A stretch of DNA of 64,000 nt from Marsupella aquatica (GCA_973895155.1 OZ316896.1:21573050-21637049); one strand, 5' to 3'. Shown: positions 50,171 through 63,666, counted from the stretch's first letter. Numbers and translations are program-made. The notes: a model not told the origin generated them from the letters alone.

Positions 50171-52959
50171 AGGAGATTTATTATTTAGTTTTACAATGTG
50201 AAGCCAAAGGGGTCTTAACTATGTACATTTCTATCGATTGTTTTTTTCAAATTTGCAAACAATTAAAAAATATGAGCATTTTGATATAAAACACTGATAT
50301 ATCTTTGACAAACATCAAAATGGTAACTTTGTTTTACTAAATGACATCTCTTCATTTGTATTTTGGTTTTTTTTACGTTTAATATTTACGGCATGGCGTC
50401 CCAAAAATTACTTTGCTTTTGCCACAAACAGGAATGTGCATGTTTGTTATTGTTAAAAGTATGATCGTTCCTGTTTGTGGCTAGTTGTGGTGATGTGGCA
50501 CAACCTCATGGCAGAGAATTTGCAAGAGACCCCTAGTGGGGGTCCATAATCATAAGCTTGCCATAATCTTTATAAAATATTTTAGAATTTTAATAAAAAT
50601 CCTAGAATGCTGGGTGGCTACTTTGGTTGTAGAAATCTGAGTGTATTAAAAAAACTCATATGATTTGGTTTTGATCCAATTTTTTGGCTACATTTTTGGA
50701 TTCGAGAGGTACAAAAGTTCAATTCCCAGTTCAATTGGTAGACTAAAATGAAACCTAACATTATAGTCAATGCATATAAACCATTATAAGGAATTTAGAA
50801 CTTGCCTTAGTTAAAGGGGAGTTAAGTATGTGGGGTTGGATTCGCATAATGATCCTCTTTTGCTTTCAACCTCAAATTCATGGGTCCAGATACAAAAAGG
50901 AGCAGATACAAGACCGTTAGGAATCCAAGTGAGGTTTAAATACCAAGTGGATCCCACTGTCTTGGTATGCAAACCATTACTTTAATTAGGGTTCCTGAAA
51001 GGGAAATGAGATATAACTGCAGAAAATGGTTTCTTGTATGGACCCCTGTTGGTTTTGGAGCCATGTCTGCCTTAATTAGTATAACAAAATTAGTTGGAGG
51101 TAAAAAATGGACCCCTTGGTTATGTAGGTTTGATGTTATTCAACAAGTGACTAAGTTAGAACACGTACATGAAGAGTCCATATTAGAATAAATTTGAATA
51201 TGGAGATGAGAGAAAAAAAACAAATAGATTATTCATGGAAGAAGTGCATGCACAAGGGTTCCCTTGGTACTCCTATGTCCATAGAGTCCATGCAAGATTC
51301 TATAGAAGCCAAAGAGTTTCTTAGTTAATTAAATTTGTATTCCTTTATCCATAGTAGTCAAAGGGTTTCTTATATTCACTTGGTGTTCCATTTTCCATAC
51401 TAATAACCAAATGGTTTCTTACATTACTTTGGTAAACATTACAGTAGTTAAAGAGTTTCTTTCTACCCATGATTATTCCCAAAATTTCTAATTAAATATA
51501 AAACTCTTACAATCTACTGGAAAACACTGACATATCAATCACAACGCATCCAAAGGTTATTTTCTTTTACCCCCCTTTTACCCTTTGATTTGTTTATTTG
51601 AAATATTATTTTAAGTTTTCAATTGTTTTTACAGTTACAAGGTATTCAATTTTTCAAGATTTCAATTATTCAAGAATTGTTTCAAACACACATAGTCTTG
51701 TTTGGTGCTTTTTGCATAACGAATCGTTCTGGTTTGTGATCAATAGTGCTGATGTGACTGCACATGCTTCCAGGAAGTTTGGAAGGAACTTCCCATGGGG
51801 TCCCTAACCAAATTGCCTATGAATAATGCCATGACTGGAAAGAGGAACTTTGAAGTTGCTTCCACTCATATCTACTAGCCTTATTACCCATTATTTGAAT
51901 GTAAATAGATATAAGACAGAAACATTCTTGCAAAACAAAGATGCTCTTGTTCATTTTTGCCTCACTCAACCCTCTTTTCTACACCAGCCCTCACTTCTAT
52001 TTTTTCTTTATTGGGAGGCACTCTTACTTTTGTCCTAATTTAGAGTCAGACAATGTCAGTATTGTTAATTAATCTATGCTCCCATCCTTTTTTTGGGTCC
52101 ACCTTCACTCTGTTTTGTCCTATTGAAAATTAGGGTCTAGAGGCTTCACTCTAGATAGTAGCCCTTGAATAGCTTTGCATTGAGATGCTTTGCACCAACA
52201 GAAGTCAAGAACATCAGAAGAAGTAGAGCACATGCATGCAAGCTCGCAAAAATCCTGGTAACAATGCGGATACTAAATTAAATAAGTTATATGAAAGTAG
52301 GTGTATACTTGGATCATTGCTGGTATTCACTTGCATATTTTGTGTCCCTATTTTTTGAAAAAATGAGAAAGTATGTAGGCTAATAGTCTTTAGAAGTTTG
52401 GGATACTCTCACCCCACTCTCACCCCTTATTTCAGAGTACTATGAATGCTGGAATAACAAATTATTTGGATCCACTTTTCTATTCAACTGCCTGTCTATG
52501 GTCCCTGAGTTTTGCAATTGGAAAATATCAAAATGGAGGTTTAACGAGCTCCCCTCTATTAGTGATAATTTGGATAAGAAAGTGTATACTTGTTGGATCC
52601 AACTTTGTCGTCAACAACTTTTAATTTCAGGGTCCCTGCGTTTTGCACTTTGAGAGAAAATAGGATTCATGTATCAGAATTACTGTTTCTACCAATCGTC
52701 AACGGATAAGCTCAATACCAGATGGGATATATGGTTTCCATTTCAGATGCAATACAGAGTGTGCTTTAATTTAGCTATGGGATTGTGTTTAAGACTTAAA
52801 TACTGTGCCTGGAAACTGTGGTTGACAAGGGTACTTTCCTTCTTGAATCATGCTTTAAATCAATGGCCGTCCCCGATCATCCACAGGGTCTGATCAGTGA
52901 AAATTATCTTCACAACAGATGCATGACTGTATCAATTACTGAATTTATCAGACCGATCA

Positions 52960-54340
52960 CATATATCTGGCGCAGTTTACTGAGTAAATCCTTGGAAGCA
53001 GGAAAACGTTACATCCCAGCATTTTCTTGCATGTGTACGTACCCAAAGAACAGCGTACCCAAAGAACAGATATATACGGAATGGTTTCCAGAAGCACAAA
53101 GCGCAAGTTCCATCGATCTCCCTTGCCAATTTTTCCCCCTGCTTCCAGGAAACAGTCCTTGAGCAAAAAGACTTCCACATGAAAGTCTTCGCCCGAGTGC
53201 AAAGTTCGAAGACCATACAAGTTTCCAAAAAATTAAATGTTCCACTCTGGTTCAGACTTATTGCACCCCGAAATTTCATATAATCTAGCGCGGTCAGATC
53301 CCTTCTGTCTCAGCAATTGGTGTGTCTTGCATTTTCCAGTTCGAAAGTCCCGGGTCTCTCTGTCTTATGGTCGATAGTGGTCAAGAAGCGACTACACAGT
53401 TCCTTTGACGAGTCCTCCACATTGTTAACTCGAGCACACTTTTTCTCTTTCCGAGCCACAATGATTAATTAACCTTCCCGATTCCCAGCCGCCCACACAG
53501 AGCAGCTATAGAGATGATAGAATCGTTTGGCATGGAGGGAATCTGTCAAGACAATGAGACGATCCGCAATGCGCCATCGCCCAGGAATTCCTCGCTCCAA
53601 GCAACCGTTTAGCTGCCTAATGTAAGTACTGTTCGTCACTCAGGATGCCAACAAGGAAAGTAAATTTTGTATAAAATTTCCGTCGAATCTTTCATGGCTG
53701 GTCTGATGAGACAGCAGTTTTCATGAAACAATCTTCAAGACTGTTTGCATTGCTCGGACTACTTCTGAACCCGCTTTCTGAAAATTTGACTGAGCATTGC
53801 ACGGGGATATATTGTGAGGTGGGCATGTTTTCGGATGGGGGCGGGGCCATTAATTTAGGATTGAGATGCCAAGGCTTCATTGACATATTGAACACTGTGG
53901 CGCACCTATAAATATAAAAAACGATCAGAGATGTACAAAGTGATCATAATCTCCACAAAGCCCTGTCCAATCCCAAACGTTCATGAATAGTCCTGTGCCA
54001 ATCTTCGAAACTTCACTACGCTACTGACTAACAGTGATCTGACCAGTGAACGTCATGGTGCACTCCAACCTACCTACAAAGATACACAGTATGGTTGTGT
54101 GGGACCCCCGAGGAACGTGTGAACCGTTAATAAGCTGGGCCGATGTTTCCTGCGCTCAAAAGCTGGGAGAATTCCGGGGCTTCGGCACATTCGAGAAGAT
54201 CTCCTCAGAGTCTGCTCAGGACCTCCATGTTCTCTGCTGATTACTTTGGACATGCTTGCACGACATCGAATTTGTTGAGTGAGACCTGGGCAACTGCATA
54301 TATGCATCAGATCCAGGTGTTCTTATCCTTGAAGACCATG
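52960..54340 (-). pseudogene. Degraded cysteine-containing LRR (F-box/RNI-like) gene fragment
   Basis: Frameshifted LRR-like phrases: EHLDLMHICSCPGLT..FDVVQACPK; SEQCKQ.RLFHENC; FLGDGALRIV..SIISIAALCGRL; LTALDYMKFRGAISLNQSGTFNFLETC/YGLRTLH. Contains stops and splice-like sites. Confidence 0.45.
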
Positions 54341-54993
54341 TAAACTTCTAATCAAGGATTAGCATATTTTCATCTTCCCCGCTACAGTACTACTACAGAG
54401 TACTACATTAATGTCCATTTCTTCATCTCTGCATAGCACTCTATACCCAAACAGGAAAGATCAAAATGACCAAGCTAGGCAAACAGTCTTGAAGATTTCT
54501 GTCCAGGGAAGTCAATCTCGAGGAAAAACATCCAAAGGAAACTAAGAACCGGTTACATCTCTTTACGTAAAGTCTCAGTGTAGTGTTGTGTTTGTTTATA
54601 TAAGCTTTAAAAATAGAAACATGCAGTAACCCAAAGCATTTTCCATGCAGTACCATGGAGCTTGACTCGTGTGCCGAGGACAGACAAGTTAGATCAGCAC
54701 TGTTCGATCGAGAATAAACCACTATGAATTTCGTCCATTCTCTCAAATCAGCAGGGGCAAACAAAACACGGCTAGTAGGACCAACGAAACAGCATCCGGC
54801 GAAACAAGATGTGAAGGCCACAAAACTGAAGTACTCGATCCCTGCACCAAAAAGCCAATATCATCCATCGAATTACGGTACGTAAACCGGAACTATGGAG
54901 AATCTGGAACATCTAACAAGTACAAACTCCCGCACGGGTGTCAAAAAGCAAGATTCGATGAGGTTTAGCACCAGGCAAAGCGTTTTCCAGGGG

Positions 54994-55066
54994 TGGAGTT
55001 GCAGGGAATCGAACCCCGTACCTATCGCATGCGAAGCGATCGCTCTACCATGTGAGCTACAACCCC
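54994..55066 (-). tRNA. trnA-CGC: tRNA-Ala (anticodon CGC)
   Basis: 73 nt: GGGGTTGTAGCTCACATGGTAGAGCGATCGCTTCGCATGCGATAGGTACGGGGTTCGATTCCCTGCAACTCCA. Full cloverleaf, G3:U70 Ala determinant, A and B boxes, T5 run ~50 bp downstream. Confidence 0.96.
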
Positions 55067-55928
55067 CTCTGACTTCGAGAAGCCAAAACCTAACTTTACT
55101 ATGTATCGTCACTGTACAAATTTCCATGAACAAGATAGATATATATGTAAATGGAAATATGTAAGGCATGACCATCATTGGCCCTAGCATGCATACATTA
55201 GTGTAGATAACTCCTTTTTGATAAGATGGATGTGGAAGAGATTATTTTGGAACTGGTTTTTTATTGAGTTTTGTTGTTGGGTATTCAAGATTTCAATACA
55301 GTAGTCAGGTGCTGATACCACTGACTTTTTATTGGGTTCGCTACTGGGTTTTCAAGATTTCAACCTATGGTCTCAAAGTTGATACCTGCTATTCAGGGAG
55401 TTACGCCATGAGTATTGAGGTTAGCTTTTCAGTTGACCATGATAACGTACACAGAACTTCAAAACGGTCCTTATCAGACTGGGTATGTAATGTACCTAGC
55501 AAGCAAACCCAGTAGGGGTCTGGAGATGCACTCAGGGCTCTCATGTCCCCATTTTTCCCCAGCAAAAGAGGTGGATCACCAAGAATCTGACTACCTGGAG
55601 ACGCCTAGGACATCCAATCGAATTCAGCACAACTGAGGAACAGAGAAATACGGTGAGCGTAATACTAGGGTATCCAACTGATCCTGGTATAATTAGATGG
55701 TACCCTGGTCGTTTTTCACAGTGTCTATTTCAAAGAGGACAAGGTGTGGAACCAAAGCTTCAGCAGGCCATTTAACTTTTCAACAGGGAAGGATGCGTGC
55801 AAGGATCAGAATCCAGATGGATTACTCAACATAGCCTTTCTGGACTCCTCACGGCAAAAAACATCATCGCTGGGTCCATGCGTAGATCCTTGAGTGAAAT
55901 AGTCTAAGAGACTAAACATCTCCGAACG

Positions 55929-56087
55929 AGATGGCTTATAGTTTACTTGTCGCCGGCCTTCAGATTAAAAGTGAAAGTAGCAGGAGTCGATATTATTTCG
56001 GAAGCGTTTCAGATGGCTTATAGTTTACTTCTCGCCTTCAGATCAAAAGTGAAAGTAGCAACAGTCATATTATTTCGGAAAGGTTTC
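55929..56087. repeat. ~80-bp tandem duplication
   Basis: AGATGGCTTATAGTTTACTT...AAAAGTGAAAGTAGCA...TATTATTTCGGAA occurs twice. Confidence 0.9.
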
Positions 56088-56239
56088 AATTTCCCTGTTC
56101 TTCAAACAGAGTTTTAAGTGGTCAGAGGGAAACATGTACCTCAGACTATTTGGAGGCCAAATTTCTCTGAAAGACTGCCTTGCCTCGCTTCAAGTAACTT
56201 AATAAGCGTCAGCCCTTTGATAGAAAAACCAATATATAC

Positions 56240-59122
56240 GTAGAGTTCCAGTCCACGGTTGACAACAGTTACCCATCGCCTTTTCCTTCATTTTGTCCTT
56301 CACCCGCGGACAAGTTACCGATCAGTACAATTCAGCTCAAAACTACTCCTAGCAAAGTGTCCATTCGAAAAAAAAACTCCCCTTCTTTCTGGTCGATAAT
56401 CTGCCAGTCCTTGAAAGACACCGTCTGAATTCTCTGCTCTTCCAGTAATCCTTATAGACCCAATCCCCTCACCAACCTTGCAGAATGGTCAGGTAACACG
56501 CCCAATTTGTGATCTTCAGGATTTGCGATGCGCTCAATCTGTAACAGGATCACTTGACTACGTTACAGCCCCCTTCATTGATACAGATTCAACACCAAAA
56601 TGCAGAACGATTTGTGCGAACCTATCTGGAATTTCAGAGTCAGTCTCAACAATTCCTTACAACCTTAGATTCATGTTCCAGATTAGGCAAAAGGGCCACT
56701 CAAAGTGACAATCACTCATGCAGCAAAACAACCTGCTTTTCAGTTTTCCTAATTATATTACAAAATCACTGTCGTTCTGAAGGTTCTTGAGTTTCCTTTT
56801 CCCAATTCCATGATAGTGCATTAGGCAGCCACAAACGATGCTGGTACTCCACATAATCGTAAGAATATTCAATCCAAACAAACCTTGTAAGAAGGTCTTC
56901 TCGACACCGCCAAGAAGGCAGTAGAGCCACGTGGGATCTGAAGAACGAAAACTGTAGCTGATGTCCTTTTCTCACAAGTTCAGTGGGCGCAGCTGCCGCA
57001 GCCTTGCAGAACAGCTCATAGATACGCTTGTAACTTCGACTCTTTTCAGTTCATCTTGTGAGCCACAAACAATACTGCTATTGAAGCCATATCATGGATT
57101 GACATTTTTCAAGCATTCCCCTCAACCTCATCGCAGCTAAAAGTCTTTACCTGAGTACAAAGCTTTTTTCTTGGGTTGGTGTTATACACGAGTACTCATA
57201 ATACAATTGCATCTGTACACTTCTCAAAGAGAGTGGAAACTTAATATAAATATATTAAAAACCAGGCGAACTTACCAGATCTACTTGGGAAGTGACTAGA
57301 TCAGTTGATGTATCTTCACATATAACGATTGTATCCATGGCGAAACAGGATGGCTCAATGGCGCGCACGCATCCATGGCGAAACAGGATGGCTCAATGGC
57401 ACGCAACGAAAGTGAAGTATTGCATTGAAATAAGTCAAAGCAATGCATATATTGAATATGAGTAGACGGACACAAGCGAATGGCAAAGGCATCTTCGAGT
57501 TATATATCTCTTGTGAGCAAATATATATTTCTAAGGAGTAGTGTATGATTTCCTGGTACACACCTAGAATTTCCCGTAACTCTTTTGCAGTGCAAGCTGC
57601 CTGTACGGGTCCTCGCCTTCCAACTAAGTACACTCTCCTATAAACCTTTGCCGCCAGTTCATGAGAGCGAAACAGACTGGATAAACAAATGAAGACAAAC
57701 AGGCCCCAAACATAATTTTGCATCGACGCTGTTCTAGGAATGTAAAAAGCTGTTATACGGCACCAAACGCACATGAAAAGGGCAAGCACCAATGAAAGAA
57801 CATGGAACCACAACAACTCCTGGCAGCTTGACAACCACCTGACGTACGTGACTCTAGCTCTCGCAGTGCAGCTAAGGCATGCTCATAAATGTCTGTCGTT
57901 ACGAGATCGCTGATGGGTCTGAGGATACGAGCCACGTTTAATTTCCTTGTGAAAATGGCAAAAGAAAACGATCTAGAGCGCATAGCACGTCAGTGACGGG
58001 AACCTTTGTGACCCCATACATGTGGCATTGCAAATTCTCTCCGAAACTCTGATATAGGTTACGGACTCTACCTGGCCAAGTATCGCAGTGGTGTCTGTGC
58101 CCTTTAGATCAACTGGTAAATTGACACAGTCGGTGTCCATTGTACTACCAAGCAAATTCTCTAGCTGAATGAACTCTAGGCAAGTCCTGCAACAAAAGGG
58201 TTCTGTAACTAGTCAGAGATCAAAATCTATCCCTCTAGAATTGTCCAAGGACAGAAATGTGTTAGGAATGCGAAGACCTCCGAGATTGGGCCAAAAAAGG
58301 TTGTCAAGTAACCACCCAGAACCCTACATCTGGTTTGTTAGAATACAGGCAGACGAAAGCACCCGCTCTCTAGATATGAAAGTGCCCCAAAAAGTTTGCC
58401 AGAATGCGAACGGCGAAACATGAGTTCTTTGAAAGGGCTACTGGAAAACTTGCAGCCAAGTGATCGCCTGACAGCAGAGTAATTTGAAAACAAAAGGTGT
58501 GCTACCTCGCCGGGTATTTTGAGCATTCAATATATCATGCACTCTCTGCACCATACGCAAGCACAACATGCGGCCACATGGCCATAGATCTCAAAATACT
58601 CCAAGTACAGTGCCACTCCACAATAGATTCTGTTAGAAACTGTCTCTGTTCTCAGAACCTACAAAATGAAGCCAGGTCAGTCCCCTACAATGTGGTCATT
58701 GAAAAAACTGTGGTCGACCTATAGGCTTGAAGTGACCAAATGACGTCGCCTCATCATTGATAACAATAAGACCATTGTTGTGCCAGTACTTCTGAACTAT
58801 TTCTATTTTACTTTGTGACCACTATATCCAATCTGTGAAAATGCGCCAGAACTACCAGAAACCTCTACTGAAGTAAAATTCAGAAGTCTATAAAACCATC
58901 ACTGCTTGACGTTGCGAGTACATATATATTGCAGACCGTTGGAAGTCAACATGCATGTGATTGCTTTTCAGAAGTAATGTAGTGGCGCAACTGGACAACG
59001 TGAGAATTACCACATGAGAGAGTCTTCAAAGCACACCCAAGAATATCTCTGGACCCAAACAAACATATCCAAAGAAAGAACAGCGAGCTGCTCGCCACCC
59101 GGGAAAACTGATTGATCACCAA
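56240..59122 (-). pseudogene. MFDR: Mitochondrial NADPH:adrenodoxin (ferredoxin) reductase pseudogene, intron-retaining and partial
   Basis: Ordered exon remnants: LVINQFSRVA; VVLAYGAES..KIPGE; VHSAREFAW*YNGH..DTTAILGQ; NVARILRP..TDIYEHALAAL; VYLVGRRGPVQAACTAKELREILG; SRSYKRIYELFCKAA..QFSFFRS; VSFKDWQIIDQKE. TAG at 58145-47, several frameshifts and a mutated acceptor (CAT). The N-terminal GxGxxG exons and the GWxKRGP region were not found. Confidence 0.9.
57333..57400. repeat. 30-bp direct duplication (period 38) inside the MFDR pseudogene
   Basis: ATCCATGGCGAAACAGGATGGCTCAATGGC at 57333-57362 and 57371-57400. Confidence 0.95.
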
Positions 59123-59559
59123 CTGCTCCAATCCAAGAAGGTCCCAACCAATCAGCTCGCGGCACCATTATTTGTCCTCCCTCAAATTTCCAGCTATATT
59201 TATTTGAGAATATTTCAAGTCACCCAAATTTCCAGCTATATTTGTTTGAGAATAATTTAAAGTCACCCTTTCAACTTTCCAGTTTCTAATAAACCCGCGT
59301 CTTGTAAGCTTTGGGCCATGTTAATAGTGGAACAACAAGCACCATACCTCACCTGATGCCATATTACCAAAATTCCAAATTTTATTCCAAAATATTCATT
59401 TCAAAATTTTGATTGGAACATATAACTAATTTCACCAAAAACAGATATGTCAGCGAAATCATGATGAAATTATACCAGTGGTGGCTACATGGCGCATTCT
59501 GGGCTGTCACAAGCTAATAATGCTTGTAGCATTCTCAATTTGCAAATAATTATCGGACT

Positions 59560-60071
59560 TATGTAACGTTGCTTTAGTCCTTTTTGGGGGAGCTGGTATG
59601 GAGCTATATAGAGCCGCATGCTCACAAATCCAGGTCCCTTTATTTCTACATGCCCCTAGTGTCCAAAATTACCGCCATTCTTGTCTCAGGGATATTGGAA
59701 TCTCTTCTCTGAATAAGCTGAAGAGTAATGAAAATCCTGAATTGACTAAGCAAAATGTCAAACAGAGCCAGGTGGTGACACCTAATAAGGATTCATTGAT
59801 CTCAAAATGTGCAAATGACCTTGGATGCAATATGACAGTAGAATAAACTGACAAGAAAGCAAGACCAGAATTCCCAAAGATTGCCCGGTGCACATCTAGG
59901 ACTCCTCCTTTCACCAATTTTTGTGTAAACGAGACAATGTCAGCTGAGCTTGACTCGATCACTACATCATCAGCCGATGCATCTTTCAAATTGGCAACAT
60001 GAGGCTTTGTTCTTCTGCTTACAAAATGCTCAACAGAGTTGTGAGATGTTGTATAGAACGCACCGCTCCAA
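59560..60071 (-). pseudogene. Two exon-like remnants of an unidentified gene
   Basis: AG/GT-bounded segments 60071-59866 and 59736-~59560 splice in phase (..VLDVHRAIFGNS/GFSLLFSLFREEIP..RQEWR*FWTLGHVEIKGPGFVSMRLY). One internal TAA; not MFDR-like. Confidence 0.4.
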
Positions 60072-61059
60072 CTTTGCAATAAGAGGATGAAATGATGAGC
60101 CTCTTTCTCCAACTTTAGGACAGACAAGTCAGATGCTGTAGGCCAAAAGTAAATGCCTAATGAACCTTTGATCCCTATACTTGGTGATAGAATTTTAAAA
60201 TACAAAATCTAACCTTCCAACGAGAGTCCTTATATTGAGGTTGACAGAGTTTGGAAGTCAAGGCACCCAGGTCACATAGCAGCCAGTCGACAGCAAAAAA
60301 TCTTCTGAAAATGCAATGTCCACAATGTTTTAAGCAGCCAATTTTCAGCCATGGTCTACAATTTGCAATTGTCAAACACAAGTGCCAAAGTCAAACTGGT
60401 TTAAGAGCTCTGGATATTAATACAAAAAAACAAGAAAATACAGTGTTTGTGCACATGTGTTTTGTTATGGGTTTAATGGTCAGCTTAATGGCTCAGGTTG
60501 AAACACTTTCTATCGAGAGCCAATTTTGGTCAGATCCTGTAACTTTGTAGCTGTAGCCATAACTGGACACTTGTGACCAACCCATAGTGAGTTACAGTCA
60601 TGCTTTGAGACAATGCATACCTTGATTAATTATTTTGTTACATCAAAATGCTTAGAAGAACATTCTTCAAAAATGCTGAAAAAAACATTTCCCAAGCTTC
60701 TCAACTATTACCCCAAAATTTGTCCTACTGAAAGTTCAATTTTGAGCCAACTAAATCTTTACTCGGGTAGACTGAGGACTGTAGACTGAAGTACTATAAG
60801 AAATGTGCTAAAACCTACACGGGGTTGAACTGTAAATTAAGGGCTTCTCAAAAGTCAGGTTTCGTGGCCACCCTTGGCCCTCTATGAAGAAGTTGATGTT
60901 CATTGGTAAGTCTTATCGACTGCCACTTTAGCAGTCCATAACGTTTCCAAGGACTATATAACTTACTTTTCAGGGTGGGGTTATTCTCAACTAGTTTAAA
61001 GACACCCTAGACACTAGATACTTGGAAAGAAGAAACACTTTAATTGTGCCATATATATA

Positions 61060-61223
61060 AAGATATACTTGATGGACTCATGAATTGAAATGTCTTTCTT
61101 GATGGACCCGATGAGACCCCATGAGCTTTTGGGTACATTGATTTGAGATCTATCAAGGGTCCGGATCAGTCATGGGTCCATCAAGAAACACTTTGCATTT
61201 TGGGGTCCATCAACTATCTCTCC
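61060..61223. mobile_element. Mutator-type MITE related to the elements at 17107 and 26127
   Basis: Inverted arms with doubled TTGATGGAC(C) / G(G)TCCATCAA motifs. Candidate TSD CATATATATA / CCTATACATA (8/10). Confidence 0.65.
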
Positions 61224-63407
61224 CCTATACATAAAAGAAGAATTGAGTTTATCATGAGGAAAACAGTTGAACTGCTACTCTCACTCTGCTAGTGGATAAG
61301 TGGACGTACACAACTCTCACTCTGCTTGCCTTTTCAGTGTTGTGTAGGCTGTGTATAATACTCGTGCGTCTCTATGTGCTTCTGTAGGTAACCTGCACGT
61401 GGTTTGTTTTTTTTTTTGCAAAGTTTGCGCAGTATGGAACCGTTCTTCTTGTGTTTCTTGTTGCATGAAAGCTTTTGTAGAGTGTTGCACTTTCTCCCCT
61501 TCTTTCAGGTTGGCCACTAACCAAAAATTGTGGTCCCCTAGTCTTTCAGTCTGGTCTACACAAATAATACATAGTTAAGCAGAAAGTCTATCCTCTGTTG
61601 GGTGGGTCACTCTGTTTTCCGCTTTCAAGGCAAACAAAATAACACATAATTAAAAAAACTGGGCTCCACTTGCAATAATCTGACCTCAGGCCTAGATAAT
61701 GGTGGGCTGGAAAGAGGTGAGGAAAGAAATTTCCCACAAGACAGCCCCAAAAAATTATAGGAGGCAAAATTCCCCCAAAACAATGTTATCTATAATTGAA
61801 ATTGGTGGTCAAAGCTTGGGAAAATAGACTAAGATATTTTATAGTTTGAAACTTTTTCATGTTCCCACCTGCAAAGGTCTAGAAGCGAGTAAAATAACAG
61901 TTTGCAAATGAGAACAGCTTAATACCAAGATACCCACTACTGTAGTAAGTAGCAGTCCATGGGCAAATGAAACTCATCCCAACCCTTACTGTTATTTGCC
62001 TCACTAAAAATCAGCTTCACACCACCATATTCACAATCTTGAAAACCAAGCAACTAACTCAGTAAAAAGTGTATGAATGGACGAGTTTCACAAAATAATA
62101 TGTTGCCAAACCAATGGTTGAATGCTAACCGCAATTTGGTGATCAACTTGTGAGTCCAGAGGATCCAATGCTACTAAGCTTTGCTAGTACCATCAGCAAA
62201 AAGTAGAAGGTCGATCCCTCGACCATCATTCTACTCTTAATTAGTGAGGGTGGGACCTTGGCCGGTAGCCCTGCTTGCCTTAAACCACCACTGTCCATAT
62301 AAAAGGAGAAGTGTCCAAGACTTCTCACTTTTTCACATTTCTCTCCTCTAATGAACTCGGTGAGACTTTGCTCCACAATTTCAGGAATTAAAATGGTTCT
62401 GAAAATGGTGAAACCTGGTGGATCCAGGTTTTTTCATGGATGGTGGCGCTTTAAGGACCCTGAGGCAAGAGCATATCATTCATGGCTATCTAGGTACGTA
62501 GCTCTAATCAACTGTGCTTGTGTTTCTTAGCATTCTTATGGGGGTTTTACAGGATTTTGCTTTTCTCTTTCATCACCCCTTCATATCAAGTGACTGGTCC
62601 ACTTTGACTTTACATCAATAGAGGGTTCACTTGTACACAAAGTCTCCCAGTCCTACATGGAGTGGATCCTGCCCCCCTCCTCCCCCCCCAAGTTTAGGAC
62701 TGTTTCAGAAAGGACCTCTGGATGTGGATCTTCTTATCCTTTTAGTACAATTACAGGCACCACCTAACCACATAATTACCCCATTTGCAAGAATTTAAAG
62801 GTTTTTTTTTAATATTTTTAATATTTTAAATTTTTTATGGGAACTTGGCAATTTATTAAAATGACCACCGCGGCAAAGACCAGCAGGGCACAAAGAAAAA
62901 CAAGCCAAGGGCCAGGACTCACCACAACCGACGCCAAAACGCCAACACCACATCAGTACTCAAAGCCAGCTTCAGAGAGAAGGGGCCAAGAGGTAGCAAA
63001 AACCAAAAACAAATGCACACAAAAGAACTTAGGCAAAGCAATAACAGCCCAGTGGTAAGGGTGGCCCCATCACTTGGCAAGAAAGAGGGACTAACAACAA
63101 AGACCCCAGCTAATCAATTCAACTGTGACTAGAAGCCCTAGCGATCATAGCAGTGATTTCAATCAAAGTAACTATGATGTAATCGTCTAGCCTTGTGCAG
63201 ACTGCTAGTCTGTTGTAGGGTAGTTTGAATGTGGACAGCAACTCCATGTAGAATGAGGTGCAATGGAAGCTTGGTAGTGTTAACATGAAATGTGTGTTAC
63301 CGTCGCTCAGTCCAAATGCTACTAATCATTCCATGGATTAGGAGAAGGAAGCCAGGATTGCACTTATGGGACCGAATAAGAGTGTCAACCTTACCAAAGA
63401 AGGAGCA

Positions 63408-63482
63408 GTTAATTTATGAACTAGATCTCCCTCGCCTTAAAGGTTATCCTTAAGTCTAGGGAGATCTAGTTCATAAATTAAC
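63408..63482. repeat. Perfect 25-bp inverted repeat (hairpin)
   Basis: GTTAATTTATGAACTAGATCTCCCT (63408-63432) pairs exactly with 63458-63482; the inner region pairs further, imperfectly. Confidence 0.95.
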
Positions 63483-63666
63483 CCAAGTAAGTTGAATAAT
63501 TTAACTGTAATAAAGTTTTAGAATCTTCTACTTGAGTTCACACTACTCTAGGTGAACCTGGCCAATTAATCTACTATAAGAATTATATAAGGACTTTTCC
63601 GATGGAGGGGTCCTGCCAAGTCTTTTTCTCGTTAAACTTGCCTTCCTTGTTGAGAATGACGAACAT

